This document shows, in pieces, positions 1 to 14,614 of a stretch of DNA of 64,000 nt. Under the pieces are notes generated by a model, which saw only the letters and a list, made by a program, of their open reading frames with translations, ran no database searches and had not been told where the DNA came from. Made by a program: the position numbers and the translations under genes. The DNA comes from Octopus vulgaris. Its lineage: Eukaryota. The stretch lies in NCBI GenBank assembly GCA_951406725.2, contig OX597826.1, positions 29,946,001 to 30,010,000 of the forward strand, read 5' to 3'. Within the stretch, counting starts at the first letter, position 1, and the number at the start of each line of letters is the position of its first letter.

Positions 1-27
1 TCTTCTTCTTCTTCTTCTTCTTCTTCT

Positions 28-192
28 TGTATTTCGCACGTCGCTACATTCTGAGTTCAAATTCCGCCGAGGTCGACGCTACCTTTCATCCTTTCGGGAT
101 TGATAAAATAAGTACCAGTCGAATACTGAGGTCGATGTATTCGACTCATCCCTTCCCCCAAAATGGCTGCCCTTGTGGCAAAATCTGAAACC
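28..192 (+). mobile_element. SINE family 2 fragment (Meta-domain-like core)
   Basis: Contains gagttcaaattccgccgaggtcgac...ctttcatcctttcggg...gataaaataagtaccag, which recurs at 1391, 5163, 26187, 40715, 57045 and 58860. Confidence 0.75.
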
Positions 193-234
193 ATTATTAT
201 TATTATTATTATTATTATATTATTATTATTATTA

Positions 235-278
<44 letters not shown>

Positions 279-279
<1 letters not shown>

Positions 280-733
280 TATGTTTGACTTTTGCTTTAT
301 GTCTGTACAAGTTGGCTCCAAGTCTCACCCAGAGACCTCAAGAGACAACAGGTTGGAAGTTCACGTTGTTGTTATGCCTAATGTGCCATATATTTGGGGT
401 TTTTTTTGGTGTTGTACTAGTGAATGTCTAATACATAAATTAAAAAAAAAAAAGTTTTAGACCTTGGGATTACATAGAGAGTATTTTGCGTAGGATATGA
501 GCAGTTCCCATGAGCAATATCTTTTGAATTTCTGCCATTTTGGGGTTTCCTGGTATCTGAGTTAGGTAGCAATCAGCCCCTTTCGCTATCATTCCCAGGG
601 CACCTATGACAACAGGTATTGTTTTAGTCTTCAGGTTCCACATTTTGCTGATTTCTATTTCAAGATCTTTATATTTGCTCAGTTTTTGGTAGGTCTTGAC
701 AGATACATTTATATCGATTGGGACAGTCATATC
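279..733 (-). mobile_element. 3' fragment of an RLE-type (Dong/R4-like) LINE in (TAA)n
   Basis: ORF 470-733 reads IDMTVPIDINVSVKTYQKLSKYKDLEIEISKMWNLKTKTIPVVIGALG...GTAHILRKIL, homologous to the RLE C-terminus at 35050-35320. Both ends abut (TAA)n. Confidence 0.9.
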
Positions 734-734
734 A

Positions 735-1202
<468 letters not shown>

Positions 1203-1328
1203 CATCATCATCATCATCATCACCATCATCATCACCATCATCATCACCATCATCATCATCATCGTCGTCATCATCACCGTCATCGTCATCATCATCGTCA
1301 TCATCATCATCATCATCATCATCATCAG

Positions 1329-1388
<60 letters not shown>

Positions 1389-1390
1389 TA

Positions 1391-1572
1391 AGGCGGCGAA
1401 CTGGCAGAATCTTTCATCCTTTCTGAAATCGATAGAATAAGTTCCAGTTAAATACTGGAGTCGATGTATCGACCACTCGATAGAATAAGTACCAGTTAAA
1501 TACTGCAGTCGATGTATCGACCACTCCCCTCCCGAAAAAATTTCAGGCCTTGTGCTGTTACTAGAAAGGATT
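1391..1572 (+). mobile_element. SINE family 2, internally deleted, with a short tandem duplication
   Basis: Head ggcggcgaactggcagaa. The segment tcgatagaataagt...gtcgatgtatcgaccactc occurs twice. Confidence 0.7.
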
Positions 1573-1584
1573 ATTATTATTATT

Positions 1585-1772
1585 CTCTTTTACTTATTTC
1601 AGTCATTTGACTCTGCCCATGCTGGAGCACCGCCTTTAGTCGAGCAAATCGACACAGGACTTATTCTTTGTAAGCCTAGTACTTATTCTATCGAACCGCT
1701 AATTCACGGGGACGTAAACACACACATCGGTTGTCAAGCGATGTTGTGAGGGGACAAACACAGACACACACA

Positions 1773-1844
<72 letters not shown>

Positions 1845-2019
1845 CATACATATATACGACGGGCTTCTATCAGTTTCCGTCTACCAAATCCACTCACAAG
1901 GCTTTGGTCGGCTCGAGGCTATAGTAGAAGACACTTGCCCAAGGTGCCACGCAGTGGAACTGAACCCGGAACCATGTGGTTCATAAGCAAGCTAATTATC
2001 ACACAGCCACTCCTACGCC
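1585..2019 (-). mobile_element. SINE family 1 (tRNA-like head, internal TA/TG microsatellite), full length
   Basis: Head ggcgtaggagtggctgtgtg...ggttcagttcc (A/B-box-like) and tail gtcaaatgactgaaa. Many copies in the window. Confidence 0.85.
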
Positions 2020-2032
2020 TATATCATTATTA

Positions 2033-2110
<78 letters not shown>

Positions 2111-2147
2111 TATTATTATTAATATTATTATTATTATTATTATTATT

Positions 2148-2701
2148 GAGTGAGAGAGCAGTTCATGCCATCAAAGTGACACTGGGGTAAAATATATGAA
2201 GCCCAATATACCCATCATGACTACCCGTCTGATAAAGGTACACCAGGCACATGCATCACAACCATATGTGCGCGACATGGTGATCTCATATCAAGATAAA
2301 CAGCACATGACCTTGCAGGTGGGTCCCAGTTAGAATTTTCTTCAGGTTGAGTAGCCCATCCCGCTCAAACGGTCCCTGAATAAGGGTTGTTTAAGGATGT
2401 TGAAAGAACCACCCATGTTTCCAGAGGTGAACTATTCAAACCCCAAAGAATCCCTCTCAACACATGGCTATGATGCTCCCCCACTACTTCTGCTCGTGAT
2501 CAGAGATGCACATATCGTCAGCCACTAAGGGACATGCTCAACTGGTTACGGTCAAACAACTGACAAGCAAATCTGTGGTATTGAGCAGAATATTTGCTGT
2601 AGCCCATCTTTTATACCAAGACAAAACAATGTACATGATAACACTTCCAATCAGTTAAGATCAGAAGCCATGAGATCCACTGCCTGGTACTGCATCAGGG
2701 C

Positions 2702-2703
<2 letters not shown>
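2148..2703 (-). mobile_element. ~555 bp non-coding element embedded in (TAA)n
   Basis: Reverse-complement copy at 4439-4991 has the same two ends; a 3' part lies at 36249-36625. All are bounded by (TAA)n at the ctctctcactc end. Confidence 0.8.
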
Positions 2704-2765
<62 letters not shown>

Positions 2766-3180
2766 GTTATTATTGTTATTATCATCATCATCATCATCAT
2801 CATCATTATTATTATTATTATTATTATTATTGTTATTATTATTATTAGTATTATTACAACACAAATTAAGCTAATAGCCTAATTTGCATATTTGTGCGTT
2901 TGACGCCTTTAATATCAGTGAGAACAGAACAAAGTTCAAAAGCAAGTGTAGGAACGATTTTGTTGTTGAGGAAATTGTGAAAGGGAAAGTAAAGAAGAGA
3001 AAGGAAAGAAGGAGATGAAACGTTCGAGCGAGACTTAATGAAAATTAAGGGGGACGGAAACAATTGAAGTAAATCAAAGAGTGATTAAATAAACAGGTAA
3101 GATACGAAACAATATTCAACACCAAAAGAGACAGCAATAACTTCATCCGTATTTCTCTCGCTCTTTCCATCTTCCCATCG

Positions 3181-3960
<780 letters not shown>

Positions 3961-4375
3961 AAGCAACAATGAAACATTAACCGGCATTCATAAGACGAAG
4001 AACAAAACATCTTTTAATGAAACAAGAAAGATGAAAGAAGATGAAAATAGATCACGCCTCCTCCCCTCCTCCATTTCTCCTCTTCTCCCACCCATGCACA
4101 ATGATAGGATTACGCGCGCGTGCGCGCACACACACACAAACACGTACGCATATATATATATATATATATATAGACTCGCACACACTTTGATTTAGCAATA
4201 AAAATAATAACAATGTACCGCCACCACCGCCTCAGCTACCACTATTTCCATCACCACCACCACCACCGCCATCAGCTCCACCACCATCTCCACCACCGCC
4301 ACCATCTACATCACCATTTCAATACTGCTCTGCTATTACTGCTGCTACCGCTGCTGCTGGTACTACTACTAAAAC

Positions 4376-4438
<63 letters not shown>

Positions 4439-4440
<2 letters not shown>

Positions 4441-4991
4441 GCCCCGATGCAGTACCAGGCAGTGGCTCTCATGGTTTCTGATCTTAACTGATTGGAAGTG
4501 TTATGTACATTGTTTTGCCTTGGTATAAAATATGGGCCACAGCAAATATTCTGCTCACTACCACAGATTTGCTTGTCAGTTGTTTGACCTTAACCACTTG
4601 AACATGTCCCTTAGTGGCTGACGATACGTGCATCTCTGATCAGGAGCAGAAGTAGTGGGGGAGCATCATGGCCGTGTGTTGAAAGGAATTCTTGGAGATT
4701 TTGATGATTCACCTTTGGAAACATGGGTAGTTCGTTCAACATCCTTAAACAATCCTTGTTCAGGGACCTTTTGAGCGAGATAGGCTACTCGACCAGAAGA
4801 AAATTCTAACTGGGCCCCACCTGCAAGGTCATGTGCTGTTTATCTTGATATGAGATCACCATGTCTCGCATAAATGGTTGTGATGCATGTGCCTGGTGTA
4901 CCCTTATCAGACGGGTAGTCATGATGGGTATACTGGTTTTCATATATTTTACTCCAGTGTCACTTTGATGACATGCACTGCTCTCTCACTC
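4439..4991 (+). mobile_element. ~555 bp (TAA)n-embedded element, second full copy
   Basis: Inverted homolog of 2148-2703. Confidence 0.8.
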
Positions 4992-5065
<74 letters not shown>

Positions 5066-5088
5066 GAAGAAGAAGAACAACAACAACA

Positions 5089-5162
<74 letters not shown>

Positions 5163-5358
5163 CCTTTATACTAAAGGCGCAAAGTTTGAAATTTGGTTGA
5201 TCACATCGACCCCGGTGTTCAATTAGTACTTATTTTATCGATCCCTAAAGGATGATAAGTAAAGACAACCTCGGCGGAATTTGAACTCAGAAGGCAGTGA
5301 AGGGTGAAATGCCGGGAAGCACTTTGCCCGACGTGCTAACGATTCTGCCATCTCACCG
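5163..5358 (-). mobile_element. SINE family 2
   Basis: cctcggcggaatttgaactcagaa...gtgctaacgattctgcca is the reverse complement of the family-2 head and core. Confidence 0.75.
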
Positions 5359-5361
5359 ATT

Positions 5362-5409
<48 letters not shown>

Positions 5410-6525
5410 GTGATGATGGGAATGATGATGATAATGATGATACCATAGAGGAAAATGTCTGAAAGAATAGGGCCGAAATTTGCTTCGGATTGTAGGAGTT
5501 GGAGGTAGTAATTGATTTGTCCTCTCTTTTGGAAGAGATTCCTAATTAGCAGTTATCGGTCTTTGATCTCATTAACTGAGAAAGTGATATCGTTATACAT
5601 TCGAAATGGAGGTTGAGTGACTCAGGAAATGGTAACACCATCGCCATCACAACCACCACCACCACCACCATCACCACCATCATTATCGCCACCACCCTAT
5701 CGTCATCATTTTCATCATCATTATCATCGTCATCATCATCAACACCATCATCATTATCACATCATCCCCGCTAACGTCATCACCACTAATACGACTTCCA
5801 CCACCACCCCACTACCAACTCTACCACTACCGTCATAACCATCACCATACCTATCAGTAACACCACCTACACCATCACGATCACCATCACCATCACCGGA
5901 AATTCCGGTAGGTGTCGCTTTTTCTTTTCATTCGTCGCTGGTTGATGAAGTAATTCACCAGACAATTCCTGGCATGGATTGAATGCCAGAGTAAAACACC
6001 ATTCTGTTAGCTTGTGGTATTGTGCCGACCATAGAAAGGTAGTGGTAGTAGTGGTAGTAGTAGGAGTAGTAGTTGTAGCAGTAGTGGCAGCAGTACCAGT
6101 AGTAGTAGTAGTAGTAGTAGAAGGAGGAGGAGAGGAAGAGAAGGAGTAGCAGCAGCAGTAGTAGTAGTAGCAGTAGTAGTAGTATTAGTAGTAGTAGGAG
6201 GAGGAGGAGGAGTAGCAGCAGCAGTAGTAGCAGCAGCAGTAGTATTAGTAGTAGCAGTAGTATTAGTAGTAGCAGTAGTAGTAGTAGTAGTAGCAGCAGC
6301 AGTAGTAGCAGTAGTAGTATTATTATTATTAGTAGTAGTAGGAGGAGGGTAGCAACAGCAGTAATAGTAGCAGTAGCAGCTGCAATAGTAGTAGTTGTAA
6401 CAGGTGGAGTAGTAGAAGCAGCAGCTGTAGTAGTGGTAGTAGTAGTAGTGGTACTAGTAGAGAATAGTAGTAGTAGCAGCTGTAGCAGCAACAGAAGTGG
6501 TTATAATAGTAGTAGTAGTAGTAGT

Positions 6526-6556
<31 letters not shown>

Positions 6557-6763
6557 ACAACAGTAGTAGTAGTCTTAGTGGTAATGGCGGCAGCTGTAGT
6601 TGCTGGGGATCGGAAGGCTAAGAATTTGCCAAAAGTGTTTCGATCCACAGTCAAACGTGGTGATGTATTTGTTACAGTTTGGGAGGTAGTTGAGTCTGGC
6701 TGATCAGATATGTTGAGTGTTTCGATTTTTGAAGACAAACTTATATTAATGTTTGCATATAGC

Positions 6764-7160
6764 TGCAGGGGTGGTAAGGGCTGTGTGGTAAGACACTTCG
6801 CTTCCAGACCACATGGTTCCAGGTTCAACCCCACTGTGTGGCACCTTGGGCAAGTGTCTTCTATTCAGGCCGACCAAAGCCTTGCGATTGTATTTGGTAG
6901 ACAGAAACTGAAAGAAGCCCGTCATATATATATGAGGTGGGGGTGTATTCATGTCTGTCTTTGTTCCCCCATCTCTTGACAACCGGTGTTGATGTGTTTG
7001 CATCTACATAACATGGCGGTTCGGCAAAAAGAGGCCGATAGAATTGGTACCAGGCTTAAAGCAAGAACTACTGGCGTCGATTCATTCGACTAAGAATTCA
7101 AGCTACTGCATCAGCATAGCCACAATCAAATGACTGAAACAAGTAAAAGATAAAAGAAAA
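6764..7160 (+). mobile_element. SINE family 1
   Basis: ggctgtgtggtaag...ggcaccttgggcaagtgtcttcta...tgactgaaacaagtaaaag. Confidence 0.8.
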
Positions 7161-8364
7161 ATCTAATTGAAAGAAAGAAAGAAAGAAAGGAAGGAAGGAA
7201 GGAAGGAAGGAAGGAAGGAAGGAAGGAGGAAAGAAGGAAAGAAAGAAAGAAATAACAACTCAATGTTCGTGGAACGTAATCTCATGACGCAAAAACAACA
7301 AAAATATAATGCAAGGGAAGGAGTGCGAAATAATACGGAAAAGTTTCTTTGGTTTGGTTTGTCTCCTGGCATCAAACACAGAAGCAATTTTAATCAGTTT
7401 GAGGGGAAGGGTTCAGTCGATACCACCCACCCTAATGGTAAGAAACTTTAAGAAAGCTGAACAGCAGAAGGTCTTCAGAAAAGAAACCCCTCTCCTGCAA
7501 GTGTTCCTGTCCTTAACTTTTTACATTGGAAAGGGTCCGTGCCGCATTCAGGTTATAACTACAGGGTACCCTTCTTCTGACACCTTTTAGCCACTTGCAT
7601 ATCGGAGCCTTGTGCATTTAAACACCTAAAAGATTTCATCTATTTGCAACTCCTCTCCGTGGACTAAACTTTGTCTTATCGACTCAGAAGGATGAAAGGC
7701 AGGATCTGAACACAGAACGTAAAGAACCAGCATAGAATAGCAGCGAGACATTTTTCTGGTCTTCTAAGGATTCTGCCAGCTTATAACCGATGGTTAGCAC
7801 TATATAATCGTCTCTAATTTAAGAAGTCTAGCAATTTCGAAACAAAGAACTCAATCGATATTAGCTTGACTGTCACATTATTGTATTGACCAAGACAAAA
7901 TGAAAATTAAAGTTGGCCCCAGCGCTAGGAATTGAACTCAGACCGTAAAGAGTGGGGACAATATACCGCAAGACGCCGTATCGGTTCGACCAGCTCTCAT
8001 CCGATGATGAATACCAGATTATACTTTATGTAAACTGTACAAAACTCCAGCAACACAATTAAATTGTTGAATTATTTATGAGAAGCATAAGAAATAGCTC
8101 TTACTGCCATTTTGAGAAATCAAGATGACTTGTTGATCCAAAGACAGTTAGAATACTGTCGACAGAGAATTTATGTTTAGCATAAAAGAATTAATAGTTT
8201 AATATTAATTCTTCAGAATTTATTTCGCGTTTCACATTTCCTTCCAGAAGTTTGCACAGCAAAATGTTGGGGTCTGTTTACTTACTGGATGTGTATATGT
8301 GTATGTATGTATGTATGTATGTATGTATGTATGTATGTATGTATGTATGTATGTATGTTTTTTT

Positions 8365-8560
8365 ATAGTTTACACTTTTCAGTCATTAGACTGCGGCCAT
8401 GCTGGGGCACCGCCTGGAGAAAGTTTTAGTCGAAAGAATCGACCCCAATTTGTAAGACTGCTACTTATTCTTTTGTTCTCTTTTGCGAACTGCTAAGTTA
8501 CGGGGTCATAAACACACCAACACCAGTTTTCAAGTGATGGTGGAGGACAAACACAAACAC
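8365..8560 (-). mobile_element. SINE family 1, 3' half (probable partner of the head at 10545-10695)
   Basis: tttcagtcattagactgcggccatgctgggg...gacaaacacaaacac matches the tail half of 1585-1770. Confidence 0.7.
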
Positions 8561-8681
8561 ACGCACATATATACAAACACGCATGTACACACACACACAC
8601 GCATGCACACACACATACAAACACGCATGTACACACACACACATGTACACACACGCGCATGTACACACACACATATACCAA

Positions 8682-9575
8682 ATCTGATCAATAAATATCC
8701 AGAGTGTTGTGATAATAACGAAGCTAAAGCGCATAAGGTGAAGCTGTTTGACACAGTTTGACCTTTGACACTACTGTGCATGCGCACTGAATTTTATCGT
8801 TCCAGCTCACTTCCAGTGTTAAGAGCAGTGCTTGGAAGGAACGTGTATAGCGTGTGATCGTCGCATTTATTATGACAGAAAGCTGTCGTAGCGACACCTG
8901 CTCAGAGGCCTACGCAAAGTTGTAGAAAGTGTATGGAGAGGAGTGTATGAACCACAAACAAGTGTACGAGTGGTTCAGACGTTTCCAAAATGGCCGAAAA
9001 GATATTGATATCGACGAACGTTCTGGAAGAGACCCACAACCATCAGAACTGAGAAAAAACATTGCAGATGTGCGTGAGGCTGTGAGGGAAATCGTCGAAT
9101 CACTATCCGTGAGTTATCAGAGGATATGCAGGTTAGTTACGATTCAGTTCAGTGCATCATTACTGAAGATTTGGGTATGCGACGCGTGACTGCCAAGTTT
9201 GTGCCAAAATCGCTTTCAGCCGACCCCCAAAACACTTGACTCCTTGCACAAGATCTCCTTGGTTGTGTCGAGAACGATGGAAATTTCATGAAAACTTTGC
9301 GCAGGCCTCTGCGCAGGTATCGCCAAGCTTTTGGCAAAATTTGATACAGATTCTCTGCTCAACTTTCTCTGTCATGCTCAATGCGACGATCACTCGCTAC
9401 ACATGTTCCTTCCAAGTACTGCTGTAAACAGTGGAAGTGAGCTAGAACGTGAAAGCTTAGTGCGCATGCACAACCGAGTTCAAGGTCAATCTGTGCCAAG
9501 CGGCATCACTCTGCATGATTTAGCTTCGTTACTATATTAATAGCTCGCCGGATACTTAATGAACACACCACGTGT
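8682..9575 (+). mobile_element. Defective mariner element with fold-back structure (two 5' ends facing inward)
   Basis: Frameshifted transposase N-terminus KVYGEECMNHKQVYEWFRRFQNGRKDIDIDERSGR...EDLGMRRVTAKFVPK at 8926-9208. The minus strand near 9376-9305 encodes MTEKVEQRICIKFCQKLGDTCAEA. 8682-8867 and 9380-9570 are diverged inverted repeats. Confidence 0.85.
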
Positions 9576-9735
9576 ATATATGTATATATATATATGTATG
9601 TATGTGTGTGTGTGTGTGTTTAAAGATTTGTACACAGAGAGAAGACGCTTGACAGGACTAAAAAGGGCAGTTCAACCCAAACCACGAAAAGATAATTCTT
9701 AATTGCACTGGAGTGAACAAAATTAAAAATTAGTT

Positions 9736-9807
9736 AATCCCATAGTCAATTTTCGCTATTAAGGACAAAGTAAATTAATTTGCCATCCATAATTCGTCAG
9801 TGAAATC
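9736..9807 (-). ncRNA. Degenerate type I hammerhead ribozyme candidate
   Basis: gatttca-CTGACGA-attat...atagc-GAAA-attgac-TA-tgggatt. Stems I and II pair with wobbles; stem III has a mismatch. Confidence 0.45.
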
Positions 9808-10058
9808 GCTAAAGAATGCATAATTATGTAGCTTTAATACGTACCGAAAGCACGCGCGCAAGACAGCTTTATGTATTATGGATTCAGATTTAGTGCACGA
9901 GCGTAGTCAAATAGTCGAGCAGTAAATAAATTTAAACTGTGTACTATAAGTCCTCAGAATATGTTATGTCTTATGACTTTTACTACGCATGCGAACCACT
10001 AGTAATAAATTAATTTTATTTTTTACCTTCATAATTTACACAGTAGTATATATATATG

Positions 10059-10105
<47 letters not shown>

Positions 10106-10106
<1 letters not shown>

Positions 10107-10434
10107 GTTTAAGTAATACTAAGTAATTAAGGGTTTAGCAACGATTTGCCTCACCACACACCGAATTTAGAAATAGCAGTCAAAGAGTTATAGCTATTCT
10201 TTCTACTAAAAGGGAGATCTCAGTAAAACCACAGATCTCCCTTTAAGTAGAAAGAATAGCTATAACTCTTTGACTGCTATTTCTAAATTCGGTGTGTGGT
10301 GAGGCAAATCGTTGCTAAACCCTTAATTACTTAGTATTACTTAAACTTTCCTCGAATGAGGCTTTTACATGCCGAAATCTACTTGGTGAAATTAATGATT
10401 ATTCCAAATTAATTAATTTCACCCTATATTATTA

Positions 10435-10437
<3 letters not shown>
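10106..10437 (+). mobile_element. (TA)n-embedded fold-back element, same family as 54602-55209
   Basis: Arms 10106-10220 and 10233-10347 (115 bp, one mismatch seen), a 12-nt spacer and an unpaired tail to 10437. Confidence 0.9.
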
Positions 10438-10508
<71 letters not shown>

Positions 10509-10544
10509 TGTGTGTGTGTGTGTATGTGTGTGTATATATATATA

Positions 10545-10695
10545 CAATAGGCTTTCAGTATTCGTCAACCAAATCCGCTCACAAGGCTTTAATCGGGTCG
10601 AGGCTACAGTAGACACTTCTCTAAGGTGTCACGCAATGAGACTGAACCTGGAATCATGTGGTTAAAAAGCAAGGTTTTTACCACAGTCACGCTGA
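10545..10695 (-). mobile_element. SINE family 1, 5' half
   Basis: accaaatccgctcacaaggcttt...actgaacctggaatcatgtggtt. Confidence 0.7.
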
Positions 10696-11077
10696 GACAG
10701 TTCTATTTTTAATTACTTGGAATGTCCCTGTATGAAAGGACTGTTTTCTAACAACGATTCAAAACTCCATCATAATGTATATTAGAAAAACAACGTCAAG
10801 AGTTGATTTGAGATAAGTCTCGCATATTTTTAATGCTCCACTTACAAATTGTATTTTAATGTGCAGATTAGCTGGTTGATTTCTATTTCTGAAAAGCCCT
10901 TGCTGATCCAGATTGCCACAGGTTTTTATCCTCGAAATTAAGTGCGCCAAATATTATTGGTAAATTTACAATCTGGATATAGAAGCTGGAGGTTTCAAAG
11001 CAGTTATACGTAGTGTGTATGTATGTATGTATGTATGTATGTATGTATGTATGCATGTATGTATTTATGTATGTATA

Positions 11078-11650
11078 TCATTATTCAGTTTTTTTTCAAG
11101 ATTTCTTGCCAATAGAGAAAGAACCGATTTCTAACCTAGATCCAAGGTTCCTTCATTAGAATTTCAACATCAACAGCAGGGTATTTTTGTATGTATATAT
11201 GAATGTATGTATGTATGTATGTATGTATGTATGTATGTATGTATGTATGTATGTATGTATGAGCAGATTTTTATGTTTTATGTATGTATTCTCATGCATA
11301 TAGTTACATATCTAGATATGTTCATATATAGTTAAATGATAAACTTCTGGAAAGTTATACAGATTTTTACCGTTCCAGTGATGACTTGGATCTGTAGCCT
11401 TCGAATTAGCATTCTCCTTTCTAGTTTTGAGAAACCTAATTTCTCAAGATTGGTATTTAGGCAGTGTGCTACATATCCCAGGACCCCAATAATTACAGGT
11501 ATAAGCTTGAATGTGTAATCTGAATAGAGGAACTGCACATTCCTCAGTTCAGCATAGGTGTTCTCTTTTTCATTTATCTTCAGCTTATTGTTAACATCCG
11601 CTGGGCAGCTGATTTCTACAACTCTGCACAGTTTCTCTTTTCTATCCCTA
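11078..11650 (-). mobile_element. 3' fragment of an RLE-type LINE flanked and interrupted by (CATA)n
   Basis: ORF DRKEKLCRVVEISCPAD...KENTYAEL...IPVIIGVLGYV...GTVKICITF is an RLE C-terminus. Confidence 0.8.
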
Positions 11651-12230
11651 AGTGCGTATGTATGTATGTATGTATGTATGTATGTATGTATGTATGCATG
11701 CAATTATGTATATATGTGTGTTTGTGTCTATGTGTCTATGTATTTATATATGTATATATGCATATATGCATTACTATTGCTGTGATGTCTGTTCTGACCC
11801 GGAAGGGTAACACCTGTCAGGGACGTGTTAGTGAGTCAAATAGATTTCCCAGGGGTGAGAGGAGGCTCCCGTGATTTTTGACAAAACCATGGGGAAAACA
11901 ATTTTACGAGGATAAAAATACTTTGACATAAAATTTCCAGCCAAAAATAGCCATCTCTCAAAGTTTGTCACTAGAATCTACTCTGGCGACCGAGAGAGTG
12001 GCAAAGGTTTTTGTCGCTTAAATCCAACGACGTACAGATGTCTCACAAGCATTTGAATGCGTGACGGAAATCACGTGAGAAGATGAGGCAATCATGTATG
12101 TATGTATGTACGTAAACACATACACACACATATAGTATCATACATATATTGAGTTTTAAAGTATATTATATTTATATAGTACTAACCTTATCAGATGTAG
12201 CATTCATTACGTCGGATAGTATTGATAAAT

Positions 12231-13500
<1,270 letters not shown>

Positions 13501-13768
13501 TTTTAAAAATATATATATACATATAGCGGCGTAGTACACTTTTGGTCTCCTAAATATATATAGATACACACACACCACACACACATATACACATATATAC
13601 ATATGTGTGTGTGTGTGTGTGTATGTGTGCGTGTGTATGTGTGTGTGTGTGCTTGTATGTATATAGGTATGTGTATTATATAAAACGTTAACAGCTTACT
13701 CTTCGTGCCGTTCATAACTGTCTTGAAAAGCCTAGAGCAAAACGTGTTGACTGTCAATCTATGATGTA

Positions 13769-13813
<45 letters not shown>

Positions 13814-14614
13814 ATGTCTCACTAATACATCCAATACAAAGATTATACACATGTATCATGTCTGCATCTGTATATTCTTCATTTTATCAATTATCTACAC
13901 ATCTACTTACCTACGTTCCTACGTACCCACCTACATACATACGTACCTACCTACCTACTTACATCATTACCTACCTACACATCAACTTCCCTATTTACTG
14001 ACCCTCGAAGGCTTACATATCTACCTACACTTATGCACAAAGTTATAGATTCCAGAAGCCGTTTTACTTCTATGCGTATATAAATATTCGTCTGTGTATA
14101 TATATTAACATGCGTGATGGTGAAAAACCCTTCGTCGATTTCGATGTGGATTGTTATGTTGGTAGATCAACAGAGCCGCCTATCAACATATCAGTTTATA
14201 TATGGCTGGCCTTAGTAAAAGATAATAGTAGTTACCAAACCAACCGTCATAAAGAGCCTTTTACTAAGAATATTCCTTAATTCTTAAACGATGGAACTGG
14301 TAACTGCTGTTACCTTTTACTGAGGATATTCTTGAATTCTTCGACAATGGAACTTGTAACTATTAATATATTTTATTAAAGACATCCTTTAATTCTTCCT
14401 CTCAGAAGATGGAGTTGTTGGCTAGTATGGAAGTCTTTGCTCAATGGCCTATGTGCCGTATAGACATCTATTTTAGAAACAGCTGTAAGGGACTTTACAC
14501 AGTGTTTCTTAATCCCTTATTTGCCTTAACTACCCTGCAAATTATGTTTGGATTATAAATTGCACGTTTTAAAGTGATACTACAAGTGTTGCTTACTCGT
14601 TCTTTTTTTCTATC

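Noticed and set aside
4610-4660. CTGACGA box in the (TAA)n element
   Set aside because: No GAAA box or stem I/III pairing could be completed.
6454-6762. Possible Thr-rich host exon on the minus strand (LYANINISLSSKIETL...)
   Set aside because: The putative acceptor comes from a SINE head, the ORF runs into microsatellite, and I recognise no homology.
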